From: Corallococcus exiguus
GTDB taxonomy: Bacteria > Myxococcota > Myxococcia > Myxococcales > Myxococcaceae
DNA: 64,000 bases
Direction: 5' to 3' (one strand)
Assembly: GCF_017302975.1 (NCBI RefSeq)
Contig: NZ_JAFIMT010000003.1
In this document: in pieces, positions 9,482 through 20,899 of the stretch
Layout of the letters: each line of letters opens with the position of its first letter
How positions within the stretch are numbered: the first letter of the stretch is position 1
Notes under the pieces: model-generated
Seen by the model: the letters and a program-made list of their open reading frames with translations, nothing else
Database searches by the model: none
What the model was told of the DNA's origin: nothing
Program-made: the position numbers and the translations under genes

Positions 9482-10665
9482 GCCGCCTTCCCTCCCGCTC
9501 CCGCCACCGACTCCAGCAGCGTCAGGAGGCGCGTCACGTGCCGCTCGGGGACGAAGCGCTCCTCGTAGGTCCTTCGCGCGTGCGCCTCCATCGTCCTCCT
9601 CTGGTCCGGCGCCGCCATCAACCTATCGATCGCCTCCGCCAGCGCCTCCGGATCGTTTGGCGGCACGCCCAGCCCCGTCTCGCCTTCCTTCAGCCACTCC
9701 CCCACTCCGCCCACTCGGCTGGCGATGACCGGCGTCCCGTGCGCCAGTGCTTCGATGCCCACCAGTCCGGACGTCTCCGGCGCTCGGCTGGGGAAGACGA
9801 CGCATGCGGCCCGCCGGTACTGCTCGGAGAGCGATTCGGGCGCCATCGGGCCCAGGAAGGCCACTCGCTTCGACAACCCCAGCCCGTCCACCTTCGCGCG
9901 CAGCTCCTCCTCCTGCCGGCCCCGTCCCACCACCGCAAGGCGGCACGGCTGCGTGGTGCGTGTCAGCGCGTGGAACAGTACGTCCAGACCCTTGCCCGTC
10001 GTCAGCTGCCCTACGAACAGGAGCAGGTCCTCTTCTCGGTCCACTGGCACCCGAGGCTGGAGCGGGGCTTGCGCGTACAGCGGGATGACGTGCGTCCGCT
10101 CGCGTGGGAAGCCATGCTCCGCCACGTGGTCCGCCATGTACCGCGAGCCCACCACGAAGGCGTGATGACTCCGGGCCAGCGCCTGCTCCTCCCGCAACCT
10201 CCCCAGCGAGGCCCACTTCAGCCCGGGCCAGTCGTCTGAACGGCCCACGAAGCCGAGACATGGGTAGCAGGCAGCGCCCACCGGCTTCGTGCAGGGCTCC
10301 TTTCCCAGCGTCGTGTACTTGTGCTCGCGCAGGCAGAACAGCCGGTGGTCGTGGAAGAAGCGGACCACCGGCGCTGGCGAATCCACCAGCGCGCGCTGTG
10401 CCTTCAGGCTCGCGAGCTGATGCACGTAGACGACGTCCGGCGCCAGCTCCCTCAGCTGTCGCGCCAGGTCCACGATGGGGAAGATGCCCTCGAACGGCTC
10501 CCGCATCACCGGGTGCGGATCCGGCGAGACGTTCACGTCGTAGAAGAGCAGCGACGTCACTCCCCGCCTGCCCAGCTCCCTCGCGGTCTCCCGCACGTAG
10601 CGCTCGGCGCCACCTACGGGGGTAGCGGCGTCGTTGAGCCATGCGACCCTCAAGCCGCGGCCCAT
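9478..10665 (-). CDS. Glycosyltransferase family 1
   Basis: MGRGLRVAWLND.. N-terminus, C-terminal FPSRAPETSGLVGIEALAHGTPVIAS E-x7-E region. Start ATG 10665 lies 12 nt after the upstream stop at 10650. Confidence 0.75.
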   Translation of the reverse strand: MGRGLRVAWLNDAATPVGGAERYVRETARELGRRGVTSLLFYDVNVSPDPHPVMREPFEGIFPIVDLARQLRELAPDVVYVHQLASLKAQRALVDSPAPVVRFFHDHRLFCLREHKYTTLGKEPCTKPVGAACYPCLGFVGRSDDWPGLKWASLGRLREEQALARSHHAFVVGSRYMADHVAEHGFPRERTHVIPLYAQAPLQPRVPVDREEDLLLFVGQLTTGKGLDVLFHALTRTTQPCRLAVVGRGRQEEELRAKVDGLGLSKRVAFLGPMAPESLSEQYRRAACVVFPSRAPETSGLVGIEALAHGTPVIASRVGGVGEWLKEGETGLGVPPNDPEALAEAIDRLMAAPDQRRTMEAHARRTYEERFVPERHVTRLLTLLESVAGAGGKAA

Positions 10666-11873
10666 GGCGGTCTCCCGTCCGGGTTCGTCTCCCCTTCCAG
10701 ACCCAGCATCGCGATCACCCATCCGGCCACGTCCATCAGCGCGCCACGGTCCTGGGGCAGCGGCGCATCCGAGGCGATGGCCGCATACGCCGAGGGGCTG
10801 TCCACGTCGTAGCCGTGCATGCCTCGCACCTGGCCCCCCACGAAGCTGGGGGCGAACAGGGCTCCCTCCCGCAGCACGAAGAGGGCTTGTCCGTAAGGCG
10901 CCCCCCGCACGGGCGCCTGTCGCTCCACCAGCGCCTCCTCGTCCAGCCATCGGCCCGGGAGCCCGTGCGCCACCATCCGCTCGCGGGCCTTCTCGCGCGT
11001 CCGCTCATCACCCCAGACCCGCAGCATCGTGCTGTCCACGAACAGCCGCGTGCCTCGCAGCTCCCCGAGCATCCGTCGTGGATCCACCACTTCGTGGATG
11101 TCCGCCATTCCGTGGTCCCCCACCATCACCGTCGTCACGTCACCCCCGCCCGCGCGCATCGCATCCACCGTCTGTTCGATCCGCTCGGTGAGCCGCCGGG
11201 CTGTCGCGAGCGCGTCCTGGCTGCCGTTGCCCGTACGGTGCAGGGCTCCGTCCAGGGCGGTGGCGTACGCGAAGGCCAGGTCTGGCTTGCTCGTCCGTAA
11301 CACCGCGCAGGTGTGCGCCCAGCGCTCCTCCTCCGGCATCTGCCACGGTGCAGCGAACACCCGCAGGCCCGCGCGCCTCGCCCTCGTGAGGAACGTCTCC
11401 ACCCCGCCGATGCGCTCGGCCTTGAACAGGTCCTCCCGCTCCGGCAGGTCGAGCCAGCGGAACAGCTCCGGTGGGACGCGGTACAGGTCCACGTACCCGG
11501 TCAGCCCCTCCGTCCTCTTCAGCACCCGCGCAGCCGCACGCCTCAGCATGCCCCGCTCATGCACCTGGCGCGGCAGCAGCCCCAGCCACCTCAGCGGCGA
11601 CAGCACGCCTTCGTCCTCTCGCTCCGCGTGCGCGAAGAGGCACATCCGCCCATGCCGCTCCGGCGGCGCGCCGGTGAGGATCGTCGGCAGGGCGCCACAT
11701 GAATAGCCGAGGATGCCGCGCAGGCGGCCCCGGTGCGGCAACCCACGCAGCCCTTCGAAGGTCTCCAGCTGGGACGGGCCCAGCGCATCTACGAAGACCA
11801 CGAGTACACGACGCGGCCGGATGGGCCGTGCTCCGGCGCTGTCTCCTCGTGATGTCGTCTCTTCCCGGGACAT
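10650..11873 (-). CDS. Alkaline-phosphatase-superfamily protein (type I phosphodiesterase / nucleotide pyrophosphatase-like)
   Basis: VLVVFVDALG near the N-terminus and VMVGDHGM metal-binding motif typical of ENPP/AlkP-fold enzymes. Confidence 0.6.
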   Translation of the reverse strand: MSREETTSRGDSAGARPIRPRRVLVVFVDALGPSQLETFEGLRGLPHRGRLRGILGYSCGALPTILTGAPPERHGRMCLFAHAEREDEGVLSPLRWLGLLPRQVHERGMLRRAAARVLKRTEGLTGYVDLYRVPPELFRWLDLPEREDLFKAERIGGVETFLTRARRAGLRVFAAPWQMPEEERWAHTCAVLRTSKPDLAFAYATALDGALHRTGNGSQDALATARRLTERIEQTVDAMRAGGGDVTTVMVGDHGMADIHEVVDPRRMLGELRGTRLFVDSTMLRVWGDERTREKARERMVAHGLPGRWLDEEALVERQAPVRGAPYGQALFVLREGALFAPSFVGGQVRGMHGYDVDSPSAYAAIASDAPLPQDRGALMDVAGWVIAMLGLEGETNPDGRPPWAAA

Positions 11874-11879
11874 GGTTCT

Positions 11880-11894
11880 GTCTCAATGTGAGAC
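11880..11894. promoter_or_regulatory. GTCTC-AATGT-GAGAC motif in a divergent region (phosphodiesterase / co-polymerase genes)
   Basis: Instance 2; 7 bp upstream of the minus-strand gene ATG at 11873. Confidence 0.55.
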
Positions 11895-11999
11895 GGGCTC
11901 CGAGCGCTCCCGCCGTCAGCGACGGTGTCTGACATTGCAAGAGCTCCGCCACCCGCTCCCATCCAGGCTGGCATCCACCGTGCAGCCGGTCCGCACTGG

Positions 12000-13859
12000 A
12001 TGTTCTCGCTGGAAGAGGGCCCGGAGCCCGAAACGCAGACGGCGCTCGTGCGACAGGAGTCGGTGCACTCCGGGTATCCCGTTGATCCCCTGCGCATCGC
12101 GCGGGTGCTGCGGCGCCGCTGGCGGATCATCGCCGGGTGCTTCGTCGCGGGGATCGTCCTGGGCGTGCTGCTGGCCAAGACCGTGATGCCCCGCGAGTTC
12201 ACCGCTCGTACCATCCTCGTCTGGGAGCCCACGGGCTCGCGCGCGGCGGCGAACCCCGAGCGGGAGATCCAGACGCTGATGGACACGCTCAAGCTCCCCA
12301 ACAACCTGGAGGCGCTGCGCATGCGCACGGGCCTGCCGGTGACGCTGGAGGCTCTGGCCCGGCGGGTGGACATCGCCGTGGCCCGCGGCTCCAACATCCT
12401 CACCCTCTCCGCGACCGCAGCGAGCCCCGAGGAGGCGGTCCGGCTCTCCGACGCCATGACCCAGGTGTTCCTGGACCATCAGCGGGACTCGGAGCGGACG
12501 CGGGCCGAGGCACAGCTGAAGGCGCTGGGCGAGGAGGTGCTCAAGGTCCAGGCGCAGCTGGAGGAGGCCCGGGCGCGCTACGACGGCTTCCGCCAGGAGA
12601 ACGGCATCGCGGAGCTCACGCTCGACCGGCAGTCCTTCATCGAGGAGGCGGCGCGGCTGCGCACCGAGAAGAACCGCTTCCGCATCGAAGCGGAGTCCTC
12701 GGACGCCAGGGCGCTGTTGCTGAAGCAGGCGGCTCGCGAGCAGCCCAGCCGGATGGTGCTGTCGGAGACCGAGAGCTACTTCGAGCTGCGCAAGCTGGCC
12801 GAACTGCGCGCGGAGCTCGCCGCCCGCGGAGCAAATCTCTCCATGGAACATCCCGAGGTGGTGCAGCTCACCGCCGCCGTGCGGGCCCTGGAGTCCCGGC
12901 CCGCGGGTGGCACCGTCTCCGACCGCGTCGTGGGGACCAACCCCTCCTGGACCTTCCTCCAGAACAGCCTGCTGGACGCCGGCTCGCAGCGGGAGCTGGC
13001 CCAGAAGAAGTGGCGCGCCTACGCCGAGGCGGAAGAGGCCGCGAAGGAGCGCATCACACGGCTGTCCGCACTGGAGGGCCAGGCCAGTGCGCTGCTCGCG
13101 CGGATCCACATCACCGAGACTCGCCTCACCGAACTCCAGCAGCGTCAGAAGGTAGTGGAGGGCGAGGTGCGCCAGCCCGCGATGGAGCTGCGCGTGCTCA
13201 CCTCCGCCACGCCGCCGACGCGTCCCTCGAAGTCCTATCGCCGCGCGGTGGCCCTGCTGCTGCCTCCCTTCTTCGCGCTGCTGGCCGTGGTGGCGCTCAC
13301 CGCTTCCTCGCTGCGCGGCTTCAAGCTGTGGACGCCGGCCGAGTTCTCGTTCTGGGGAAGCGGCCCGGTGGTGGCCGCCACTCCCTGGCCCGCCACCGCT
13401 GAAGGCCTGGAGGAGCTCGTCGTGGAACTCCGGGCCGCGCTGGACGCGGCGAGCGGCGTGACGCGGGTGTTACCGCTCGGGGAAGCGCAGCAGGAGCGGA
13501 CGCGGGAGCTGCTGTCCCGGCTTGGGGCAACGGACGTCCCAGCGCGGGATGACGTCCCGGGACGAGGCGCGACGCTCGTTTCGTGGGAGGAGGCGCGGCG
13601 TCCGCAGGCGCTGCGTCTCGCGGTCCGCAAGGGGGCTCGGGTGCTCGTCCTCGCCAGCTCCGGCGCGCACTCCGTGTTCGAGATGTGGGCGCTGCGGCGG
13701 CTGCTCGGGAGCGAGGCTTGCGTTGGCTTCGTGGTGGTGGGGCTCGGCACCGACCTTGCTACCCATCCGGATCGCGTGGGCGACGTCATGGGCTTCTGGT
13801 CCGGCTCCGGAGCGTCGAGGGGCATGGAAGGGCCCTTCCCGCGAAAGGAGCCGCGCTGA
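12000..13859 (+). CDS. Polysaccharide co-polymerase (Wzz/Wzc-like chain-length determinant) lacking a tyrosine-kinase domain
   Basis: TM1 (IIAGCFVAGIVLGVLL), long coiled-coil periplasmic region, TM2 (AVALLLPPFFALLAVVAL), no Walker A in the C-terminal domain. ATG at 12000 (MFSLEEG); the ORF track begins at GTG 11925. Confidence 0.65.
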   Translation: MFSLEEGPEPETQTALVRQESVHSGYPVDPLRIARVLRRRWRIIAGCFVAGIVLGVLLAKTVMPREFTARTILVWEPTGSRAAANPEREIQTLMDTLKLPNNLEALRMRTGLPVTLEALARRVDIAVARGSNILTLSATAASPEEAVRLSDAMTQVFLDHQRDSERTRAEAQLKALGEEVLKVQAQLEEARARYDGFRQENGIAELTLDRQSFIEEAARLRTEKNRFRIEAESSDARALLLKQAAREQPSRMVLSETESYFELRKLAELRAELAARGANLSMEHPEVVQLTAAVRALESRPAGGTVSDRVVGTNPSWTFLQNSLLDAGSQRELAQKKWRAYAEAEEAAKERITRLSALEGQASALLARIHITETRLTELQQRQKVVEGEVRQPAMELRVLTSATPPTRPSKSYRRAVALLLPPFFALLAVVALTASSLRGFKLWTPAEFSFWGSGPVVAATPWPATAEGLEELVVELRAALDAASGVTRVLPLGEAQQERTRELLSRLGATDVPARDDVPGRGATLVSWEEARRPQALRLAVRKGARVLVLASSGAHSVFEMWALRRLLGSEACVGFVVVGLGTDLATHPDRVGDVMGFWSGSGASRGMEGPFPRKEPR

Positions 13860-13938
13860 GAGGAAGACGCCTTCGCGCGCGTCATCACAGGGCTGCCCTC
13901 CGTCCGGCGGGCCCCCCAGGAACGGAACCGACGACACC

Positions 13939-14871
13939 ATGTTCGCCGTCATCCATCGCAGCGCCGCGGCTCCTGGCGCCGGGTTCCTGTCCGTGGCCGG
14001 GCCCCCGCTCGTCACCCGCCAGTTGCAGTGGCTGCGCGCGTCGGGCTTCGAGAAGGTGGCCATCGACATCGGCGCGGACGCCCATGGAGAGGAGCTGCGC
14101 AGCCTCATCTCTCAGCAGGAGGCGCTGGCCCGCAACGTCATCTTCGTCCCCACGGCCTCGCTGTTCCCGCCGGGCGTCATCGCGGACTCGGCGGGCTTTC
14201 CCGCCCACGCGCCCTTCCTCGTGGTGCCGGACACCGTCCTGGGCAACGCGGACCTCGCGGCCTTCTACCGACGGGCGCCAGAGCGGGGCGTGCGCGTGGG
14301 CCGACTGACGCCACCCCCGGCCGTGGAGCCCTTCGCGCCAGCCGAGGTGCACCTGATCACCGCGGCCACCGGTCCCGTCACGGAGGAGGAGCTGCCCGGG
14401 TGGGGCGCGCGCCTGGAGACTCCGGGCGCGGCCCTGCGGCTGGCCTGCAAGGCGCTGCTGGGGCGGCTGCCGCGGGCGGAAGGAACCTCACGGCTCCTCA
14501 TCCACGCGGCCGAACGGGCACCAGGGGTCTGGGTCGCGCGCGGCGCACTCCTCCAGCGCGGCGCCGAGGTGAACCCTCCGGTGCTCATCGGTCCCCAGGC
14601 GCTCGTGTGCGCCGGAGCGCGCATCGGACCGGGGGCCCTCATTGGAGCGCGCGCCATCATCGAGCGCGGCACCCGTCTGGTGAACGCCGTGGTGGAAGAG
14701 GAGACCGTGGTCGGCGAGGGCCTGGAGGTGCGCGATGCCATCGCCACGCCCGACGGACTGGCCTCGCTGGAGGGCACCGGTCCCCTGCTCCCGCTGGGAG
14801 ATCCCCTGTTGCTGGCGCGGCGCCGGCTCCTGTCGCGAGCGGCGTTGCGCCTGCTGGGGCTCTCCCGATGA
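13939..14871 (+). CDS. Sugar nucleotidyltransferase-like protein with C-terminal hexapeptide (LbH) repeats
   Basis: ATG 13939 (MFAVIHRS..) after the upstream stop; N-terminus weakly NTP-transferase-like; C-terminal hexapeptide repeats (LIGPQALVCAGARIGPGALIGARAIIERGTRLVNAVV). Confidence 0.5.
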   Translation: MFAVIHRSAAAPGAGFLSVAGPPLVTRQLQWLRASGFEKVAIDIGADAHGEELRSLISQQEALARNVIFVPTASLFPPGVIADSAGFPAHAPFLVVPDTVLGNADLAAFYRRAPERGVRVGRLTPPPAVEPFAPAEVHLITAATGPVTEEELPGWGARLETPGAALRLACKALLGRLPRAEGTSRLLIHAAERAPGVWVARGALLQRGAEVNPPVLIGPQALVCAGARIGPGALIGARAIIERGTRLVNAVVEEETVVGEGLEVRDAIATPDGLASLEGTGPLLPLGDPLLLARRRLLSRAALRLLGLSR

Positions 14872-14897
14872 CGGCGCCTCGCGCACCGGGGAGCGTG

Positions 14898-16313
<1,416 letters not shown>

Positions 16314-16414
16314 GGTTTCGGGTCTCCTGACAGGGGGATGCGCTTGACGGGAGCTCGCCTCCGGTCCCGGTGATGCGCGAGGCCGGGCACTCGCACATCG
16401 GAGTACGCGGGACA

Positions 16415-16572
16415 GCAAACGCATCCGTTTGCACAGACCATTCCCGCATGTCGAGACATCCCCTCTGGTTGATCCGGATGCGCTCGGCCAACGACTTGTC
16501 CTCTGGCCTGTTTGACAAATCCCGCCGTTGTCTACGTTTGAGACATCCCGGCGTCCCCAGATGAGACATCCC
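16415..16572. promoter_or_regulatory. Regulatory region upstream of the NtrC-like gene: GCAAACG-CATC-CGTTTGC palindrome, three direct GAGACATCCC repeats and GTCTA-CGTTT-GAGAC
   Basis: Palindrome at 16415-16432; GAGACATCCC at 16453, 16540 and 16563; GTCTA-N5-GAGAC at 16530-16544; lies between divergent genes (16313 minus / 16664 plus). Confidence 0.6.
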
Positions 16573-16663
16573 GTTTCGGGACGCAGACAGGCCTGCGGCG
16601 ACCTGACACGCACCGGCAGCGCGTGCGACGCCATGGTTCCTGCCTTGCAAGCGGCAGCCGCCC

Positions 16664-17218
16664 ATGCGTGCGTCAGCGAAGTCAATCCATGCCTGCATGG
16701 AGCCGTTGCGCGCCCTGCGTTCGGACGGGGCTCGGGTGGTGGATGCGGTCAGGGACCGGGGGGCGCGCTTTCCCAGAGCCGCGGCCCTGGCGGATCCATC
16801 CTTATGGGCGGTGGGCCTGCTGCGGTGGGGGGCGGTGCTCCGGCGCGGACTGGGCACTTCACTGGGCCTGTCCACGCTGTTGCGCGTGGGCTTCCACATC
16901 GATGTGTGGACGGATGATATCGGCCCCGGCCTGAGGCTGCCGCACCCCTTCAACATCGTCATTGGCGATGGGGTGGAGATTGGCCCGGAGTGCACCCTGC
17001 TCCACGGCGTCACCGTCCAGAGGGGCGCGGGCACACGCATTGGCCGGGGCGTGGTGCTGGCCAACGGGACGACGGTGCTGGCGGGAGCGTCCGTGGGCGA
17101 CGGGAGCCTGGTGGGTGCGGCCAGCGTGGTGCGCGGAGACATTCCCCCTGCGTCCGTGGCGGTGGGCGTACCCGCGCGCGTCGTGCGGGCGTCCCGTCCC
17201 GGGGAGGCGGCTCCGTGA
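16664..17218 (+). CDS. Serine-acetyltransferase (CysE/LacA) family O-acetyltransferase, hexapeptide repeat
   Basis: IDVWTDDIGPGLRLPHPFNIVIGDGVEIG..GVPARVV closely parallels the CysE catalytic left-handed beta-helix. Alternative start MEPLRAL at 16694. Confidence 0.7.
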   Translation: MRASAKSIHACMEPLRALRSDGARVVDAVRDRGARFPRAAALADPSLWAVGLLRWGAVLRRGLGTSLGLSTLLRVGFHIDVWTDDIGPGLRLPHPFNIVIGDGVEIGPECTLLHGVTVQRGAGTRIGRGVVLANGTTVLAGASVGDGSLVGAASVVRGDIPPASVAVGVPARVVRASRPGEAAP

Positions 17219-18357
17219 GGCTGGCCGTCGCGTTGGGGGGAACGGATTGGGGGCGCTCGGGCATTGGCACGTATGTGCGTGCGATGCTGCCCCGGCTGAC
17301 ACGGGGGCTTGCGCGAACCGGGGGCCGGCTGGTGGCACTCGGCACGGCGCGGGACTTCGCCGCGTATGACCCGGAGCTCGTGGGCGCGGAGCGCGCGGTG
17401 GCACCGGCCGTCGTCGACACGCCCGCGCTGGGTGCATCTTGGTACCTCGCCCGCTGCGGAGCGCACGCGCGCGGGGCCGGAGCGGACGTGCTGCTGCTGC
17501 CCGCCGCCAATCGCCGCGTCGCGCTGCGGCCCGGCCTGCCCACGGTGGGCGTGGTGCACGACCTGGCCCAGTTCAACGTGCCGGACAAGTACGACCGGCT
17601 GCGCACCACCTACGTGAGATGGCTTCTGCCCAAGGCGCTGAGGTCCTTCGAGGCACTGGCTGCCGTCAGCCAGGCCACCCGCGGGGACATGGTGAGCTTC
17701 CTCTCCTGCGCGCCCGAGCGGATCCACGTCATCCCCAACGGCGTGGACGCGGACCGCTTCGCGCTCGGGGACGGCGCTGGTGCCGCGTGGGCCCGTGAGC
17801 GGCTGGGTTTGAAGGCGCCGTATCTGCTGTACCTGTCGCGACTGGAGCACCCGGGGAAGAACCACTTGCGGCTGCTGCGGGCCTTCGCCGCGTCCCCGGT
17901 GCGGGAGGACCATCAGCTGGTGCTGGCCGGCGCGGATTGGGGCGCCGAGCAGCTCATCCGGGAGGAGCTCCAGCGGCTGGGGCTCCAGGAGCGCGTGAGG
18001 ATCCTGGGCTACCTGGAGGACGGCCTCATCCCGGGCCTGGTCGCGGGCGCGGAGGCCCTCATCGCGGTGGGGCTGTGCGAGGGCTTCGGCCTGCCAGCGC
18101 TGGAGGCCATCGCGGCGGGAAAGCCCGTGCTGGCGGCCCGGGCGGGTGCGCTTCCGGAGGTGGTGGGCGAGCTGGGGGTGTTGTGCGATCCGCTCGACGA
18201 GCGGGACATGGCGGCGGCTCTGACGCGGGTGGTGCGGGATGAGCCACTGGCCGAGCGGGTGCGTCGCGAAGGGCCCGGGCACGCGCGCCAGCGCAGCTGG
18301 GACCGCACGGGCGATGATCTGCTGGCCTTGTGCCGCGCCGTGGGAGGCGTTCGATGA
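17215..18357 (+). CDS. Glycosyltransferase family 1
   Basis: GTG 17215 overlaps the upstream stop (GTGA); VRLAVALGGTDWGRSGIGTY N-terminus; GLCEGFGLPALEAIAAGKPVLA E-x7-E region. Confidence 0.75.
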   Translation: MRLAVALGGTDWGRSGIGTYVRAMLPRLTRGLARTGGRLVALGTARDFAAYDPELVGAERAVAPAVVDTPALGASWYLARCGAHARGAGADVLLLPAANRRVALRPGLPTVGVVHDLAQFNVPDKYDRLRTTYVRWLLPKALRSFEALAAVSQATRGDMVSFLSCAPERIHVIPNGVDADRFALGDGAGAAWARERLGLKAPYLLYLSRLEHPGKNHLRLLRAFAASPVREDHQLVLAGADWGAEQLIREELQRLGLQERVRILGYLEDGLIPGLVAGAEALIAVGLCEGFGLPALEAIAAGKPVLAARAGALPEVVGELGVLCDPLDERDMAAALTRVVRDEPLAERVRREGPGHARQRSWDRTGDDLLALCRAVGGVR

Positions 18358-19346
18358 AGGCTCCCCTCCCCCGAGCCCCGCTGCGAGACGTCCTGCGCGG
18401 GCGCGCTCCGCTGGTGGGCGCGCGCTTCAACGAGGTGCTGCCGCGCGGCTACCTGTCGCCGGTGGAGGCACGGTGGCTGCTCGGCCTGCCCTATGGCGAC
18501 CTCGCCGCCGAGGAGGCGCGCTATCTCCAGGGCCGCACCCCCGCGACGGACTTCGGCGTGATGTTGCGCACGTCGGTGGCTCGCGCGTTGGCACCGCCCG
18601 AGAGCGCCCAGCCCGAAGTGCGCCCATTCATCGTCTCCGCGCGCGTGGACAACCTCACGCTCGAACAGGCGGTGGAGCAGCTCTTCACGCAAGGACAAGG
18701 CGGCCGCGCGAAGCTGGTGTCCATCGTGCACCCGCACGCCTTGAACCTGGCGGCGCGCGACGTGGCGCTCGCGCGGGCGCTGGCGGAAGCGGACATGGTG
18801 CTGCCGGATGGCATTGGCATCCGAGTGGGCGCGGCGCTGCTCGGCGTGGCCATGCGCCACAACCTCAACGGCACGGACCTGTTGCCGCTGCTCTGCAAGC
18901 ACGCACCCGCGCGAGGCTGGCCCGTGGTGCTGGTGGGGGCGGCCCCCGGCGTGGCGGAGGCTTGCGCTGAGAACCTGCGAAGGGCCCACCCGGGCCTGGA
19001 GCTCCCCATCGTCTCGCACGGCTTCCTCACCGCCGCTGGCTCCCGCGCGCTGGCGGAGTCCATCTCACGGCTGGGCCCCTGCCTGGTGCTGGTGGGCATG
19101 GGCAGCCCCCGGCAGGAGCTGTGGGCGCGCGAGTACCTCTCTGGAGCCTCGCAGGCCGTCATCCTCACGGTGGGAGGGCTGTTCGACTTCTACTCGGGCC
19201 GGATCCAACGCGCGCCCATTGCCTGGCGTGAGCTGGGCCTGGAGTGGATGTATCGCCTGCTCCAGGAGCCCCGCCGGATGGCCGTCCGCTACCTGCTGGG
19301 CAATCCGCTCTTCCTGCTCCGCATCCTCTGGCAGAAGCTGCGGTAG
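18354..19346 (+). CDS. WecB/TagA/CpsF-family glycosyltransferase (GT26)
   Basis: ATGA overlap with the upstream gene; LPDGIGI.. and LVGMGSPRQELW motifs typical of WecG/TagA. Confidence 0.7.
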   Translation: MKAPLPRAPLRDVLRGRAPLVGARFNEVLPRGYLSPVEARWLLGLPYGDLAAEEARYLQGRTPATDFGVMLRTSVARALAPPESAQPEVRPFIVSARVDNLTLEQAVEQLFTQGQGGRAKLVSIVHPHALNLAARDVALARALAEADMVLPDGIGIRVGAALLGVAMRHNLNGTDLLPLLCKHAPARGWPVVLVGAAPGVAEACAENLRRAHPGLELPIVSHGFLTAAGSRALAESISRLGPCLVLVGMGSPRQELWAREYLSGASQAVILTVGGLFDFYSGRIQRAPIAWRELGLEWMYRLLQEPRRMAVRYLLGNPLFLLRILWQKLR

Positions 19347-19349
19347 GCC

Positions 19350-20852
19350 TCAGGGTGCGTACGTCGGCACCTCGCTGCCCACCGGAGTGGATGCAGCCGC
19401 CGCGAGGCGTGCATCCCGCCGCCACCAGACGAGCAGCGCCATCCCGGTCCCCAGCAGCGTGACGAGCGCGCAGATGCACGCGCTTCCGAACGGGCCTCGC
19501 GAGGCGAAGGGAGCGAGTCCCCAGCCCACGACGAATGACACGAGGCCCGCGGCTCCGACCGGGGCCAGTGCCCAGAGCACCTCCCGGACGGTCCACTGGA
19601 CCAGGGCGCGGACCTTGCGCCAGACGAGCACGGCGATGACCCCGTTTCCGAGGACGGTGCCTCCGGCGACGGCCCACGCACCGGCGTACCTCACCCCGGC
19701 CATGGAGACGGCGACGTTGAGCGCGTGGCCGATGAGCACCGGGTGGGTCAGGTGCCACGGCGTCTCACCGCTCACGGCCAGGGCCGAGGACGCGCTCTCC
19801 TCCGCGGCCGCGATGATGGCCGCTGTGCCCAGGAGGACGACCGCGAGCATGGTGACGGAGTCGTGCGCGAGTGCGCCCACCCAGGCCTCCAGCAGGGCGG
19901 TGCCATCCAGGGCCAGCGCGATGACACCGCTGGAGGCCAGGCCGCCCAGAAGGGCCGTGCCGAGGCGCAGCGCGCTGGAGCGGTGCCGGGCATCTCCGAG
20001 GCGATGGATGAGCCATCCACCCGCTTGTTTCGCGAAGGCGAGGATCTGCTCCACTGCGCGGGAGGCCACCTGATACGCGCCCACCGAGCTCAGGGACGCG
20101 GAGCGGGTCAGGATGAGGACATCCGCTCGGACCGCCGCCGCGATGCCCACGTTCATGGCCAGGGCCGCGGCGCCCTGCCGGAACGCGCTGCGCACCTGGG
20201 CCGGATCCGCCGGCCATCCAGGACGCAGCGAGAGGTGCGGGTCGATGCGCCTGGACACCGCCGCGAGGAGCAGGAGCTCCAGCGTGGCTCCCGCGAACAG
20301 CCCCAGCGCCGGCGCAAGCAACGAGCGCGTGGTGCCGAGCACCGCCGCCGTCAACGCAATCTGGGTCGCGGCTCCGATGGCGCGCGCCCAGGCGAGCGAG
20401 GTGTTGGCGCCCCGCATCAGCAGGAACGCTCGCAACGGTGCCACCAGCGAGCCCGCGAGTCCCGCCGCGAGGACCGGAAGCGCGGCGCGGGCCACGTCCG
20501 CGCGCAGCGCTTCGGACGCGGACGGGAGGTGGAGGAAGAACACGTACGCACAGACGCAGAGACAGGGACAGACGAGCGTCACCACCAGCAGCGTGAGCCG
20601 GATGAGCTGGCGCGTGGCGGCATCGTCCGGTCTGGCCGCCGTGCGTTGGACCGCGATGCTGAGGCCCAGGTCCGACAACCCAAGGAGGAAGCCCGTCGTG
20701 CCAAGGACGCCCCAGGCGCCCAGACTCTCCGGACCGAGCAGACGCACCACCAGCGCGACCGTCGCCAGCCCCGTCACGATCTGCACCACATGCCGAGCGC
20801 ACGACGCGAGCACGTCGACGCTCATCCTCAGGAGCGATCTCTCAGGGGCCAT
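19350..20852 (-). CDS. Wzx-type polysaccharide flippase (MOP superfamily)
   Basis: About 12-14 hydrophobic segments across 500 aa; N-terminal region resembles the polysaccharide-biosynthesis (RfbX/Wzx) family. Alternative start MSVDV at 20825. Confidence 0.65.
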   Translation of the reverse strand: MAPERSLLRMSVDVLASCARHVVQIVTGLATVALVVRLLGPESLGAWGVLGTTGFLLGLSDLGLSIAVQRTAARPDDAATRQLIRLTLLVVTLVCPCLCVCAYVFFLHLPSASEALRADVARAALPVLAAGLAGSLVAPLRAFLLMRGANTSLAWARAIGAATQIALTAAVLGTTRSLLAPALGLFAGATLELLLLAAVSRRIDPHLSLRPGWPADPAQVRSAFRQGAAALAMNVGIAAAVRADVLILTRSASLSSVGAYQVASRAVEQILAFAKQAGGWLIHRLGDARHRSSALRLGTALLGGLASSGVIALALDGTALLEAWVGALAHDSVTMLAVVLLGTAAIIAAAEESASSALAVSGETPWHLTHPVLIGHALNVAVSMAGVRYAGAWAVAGGTVLGNGVIAVLVWRKVRALVQWTVREVLWALAPVGAAGLVSFVVGWGLAPFASRGPFGSACICALVTLLGTGMALLVWWRRDARLAAAASTPVGSEVPTYAP

Positions 20853-20899
20853 GCGCCCCTGACCATTGCAGCCGGTATGCCGGTGGACGAGGCGCTGGC

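Noticed and set aside
13522-13938. 5' part of the 13522..14871 ORF overlapping the co-polymerase gene
   Set aside because: Out-of-frame overlap with the co-polymerase 3' end; the ATG at 13939 follows the co-polymerase stop and begins the NTP-transferase-like sequence.
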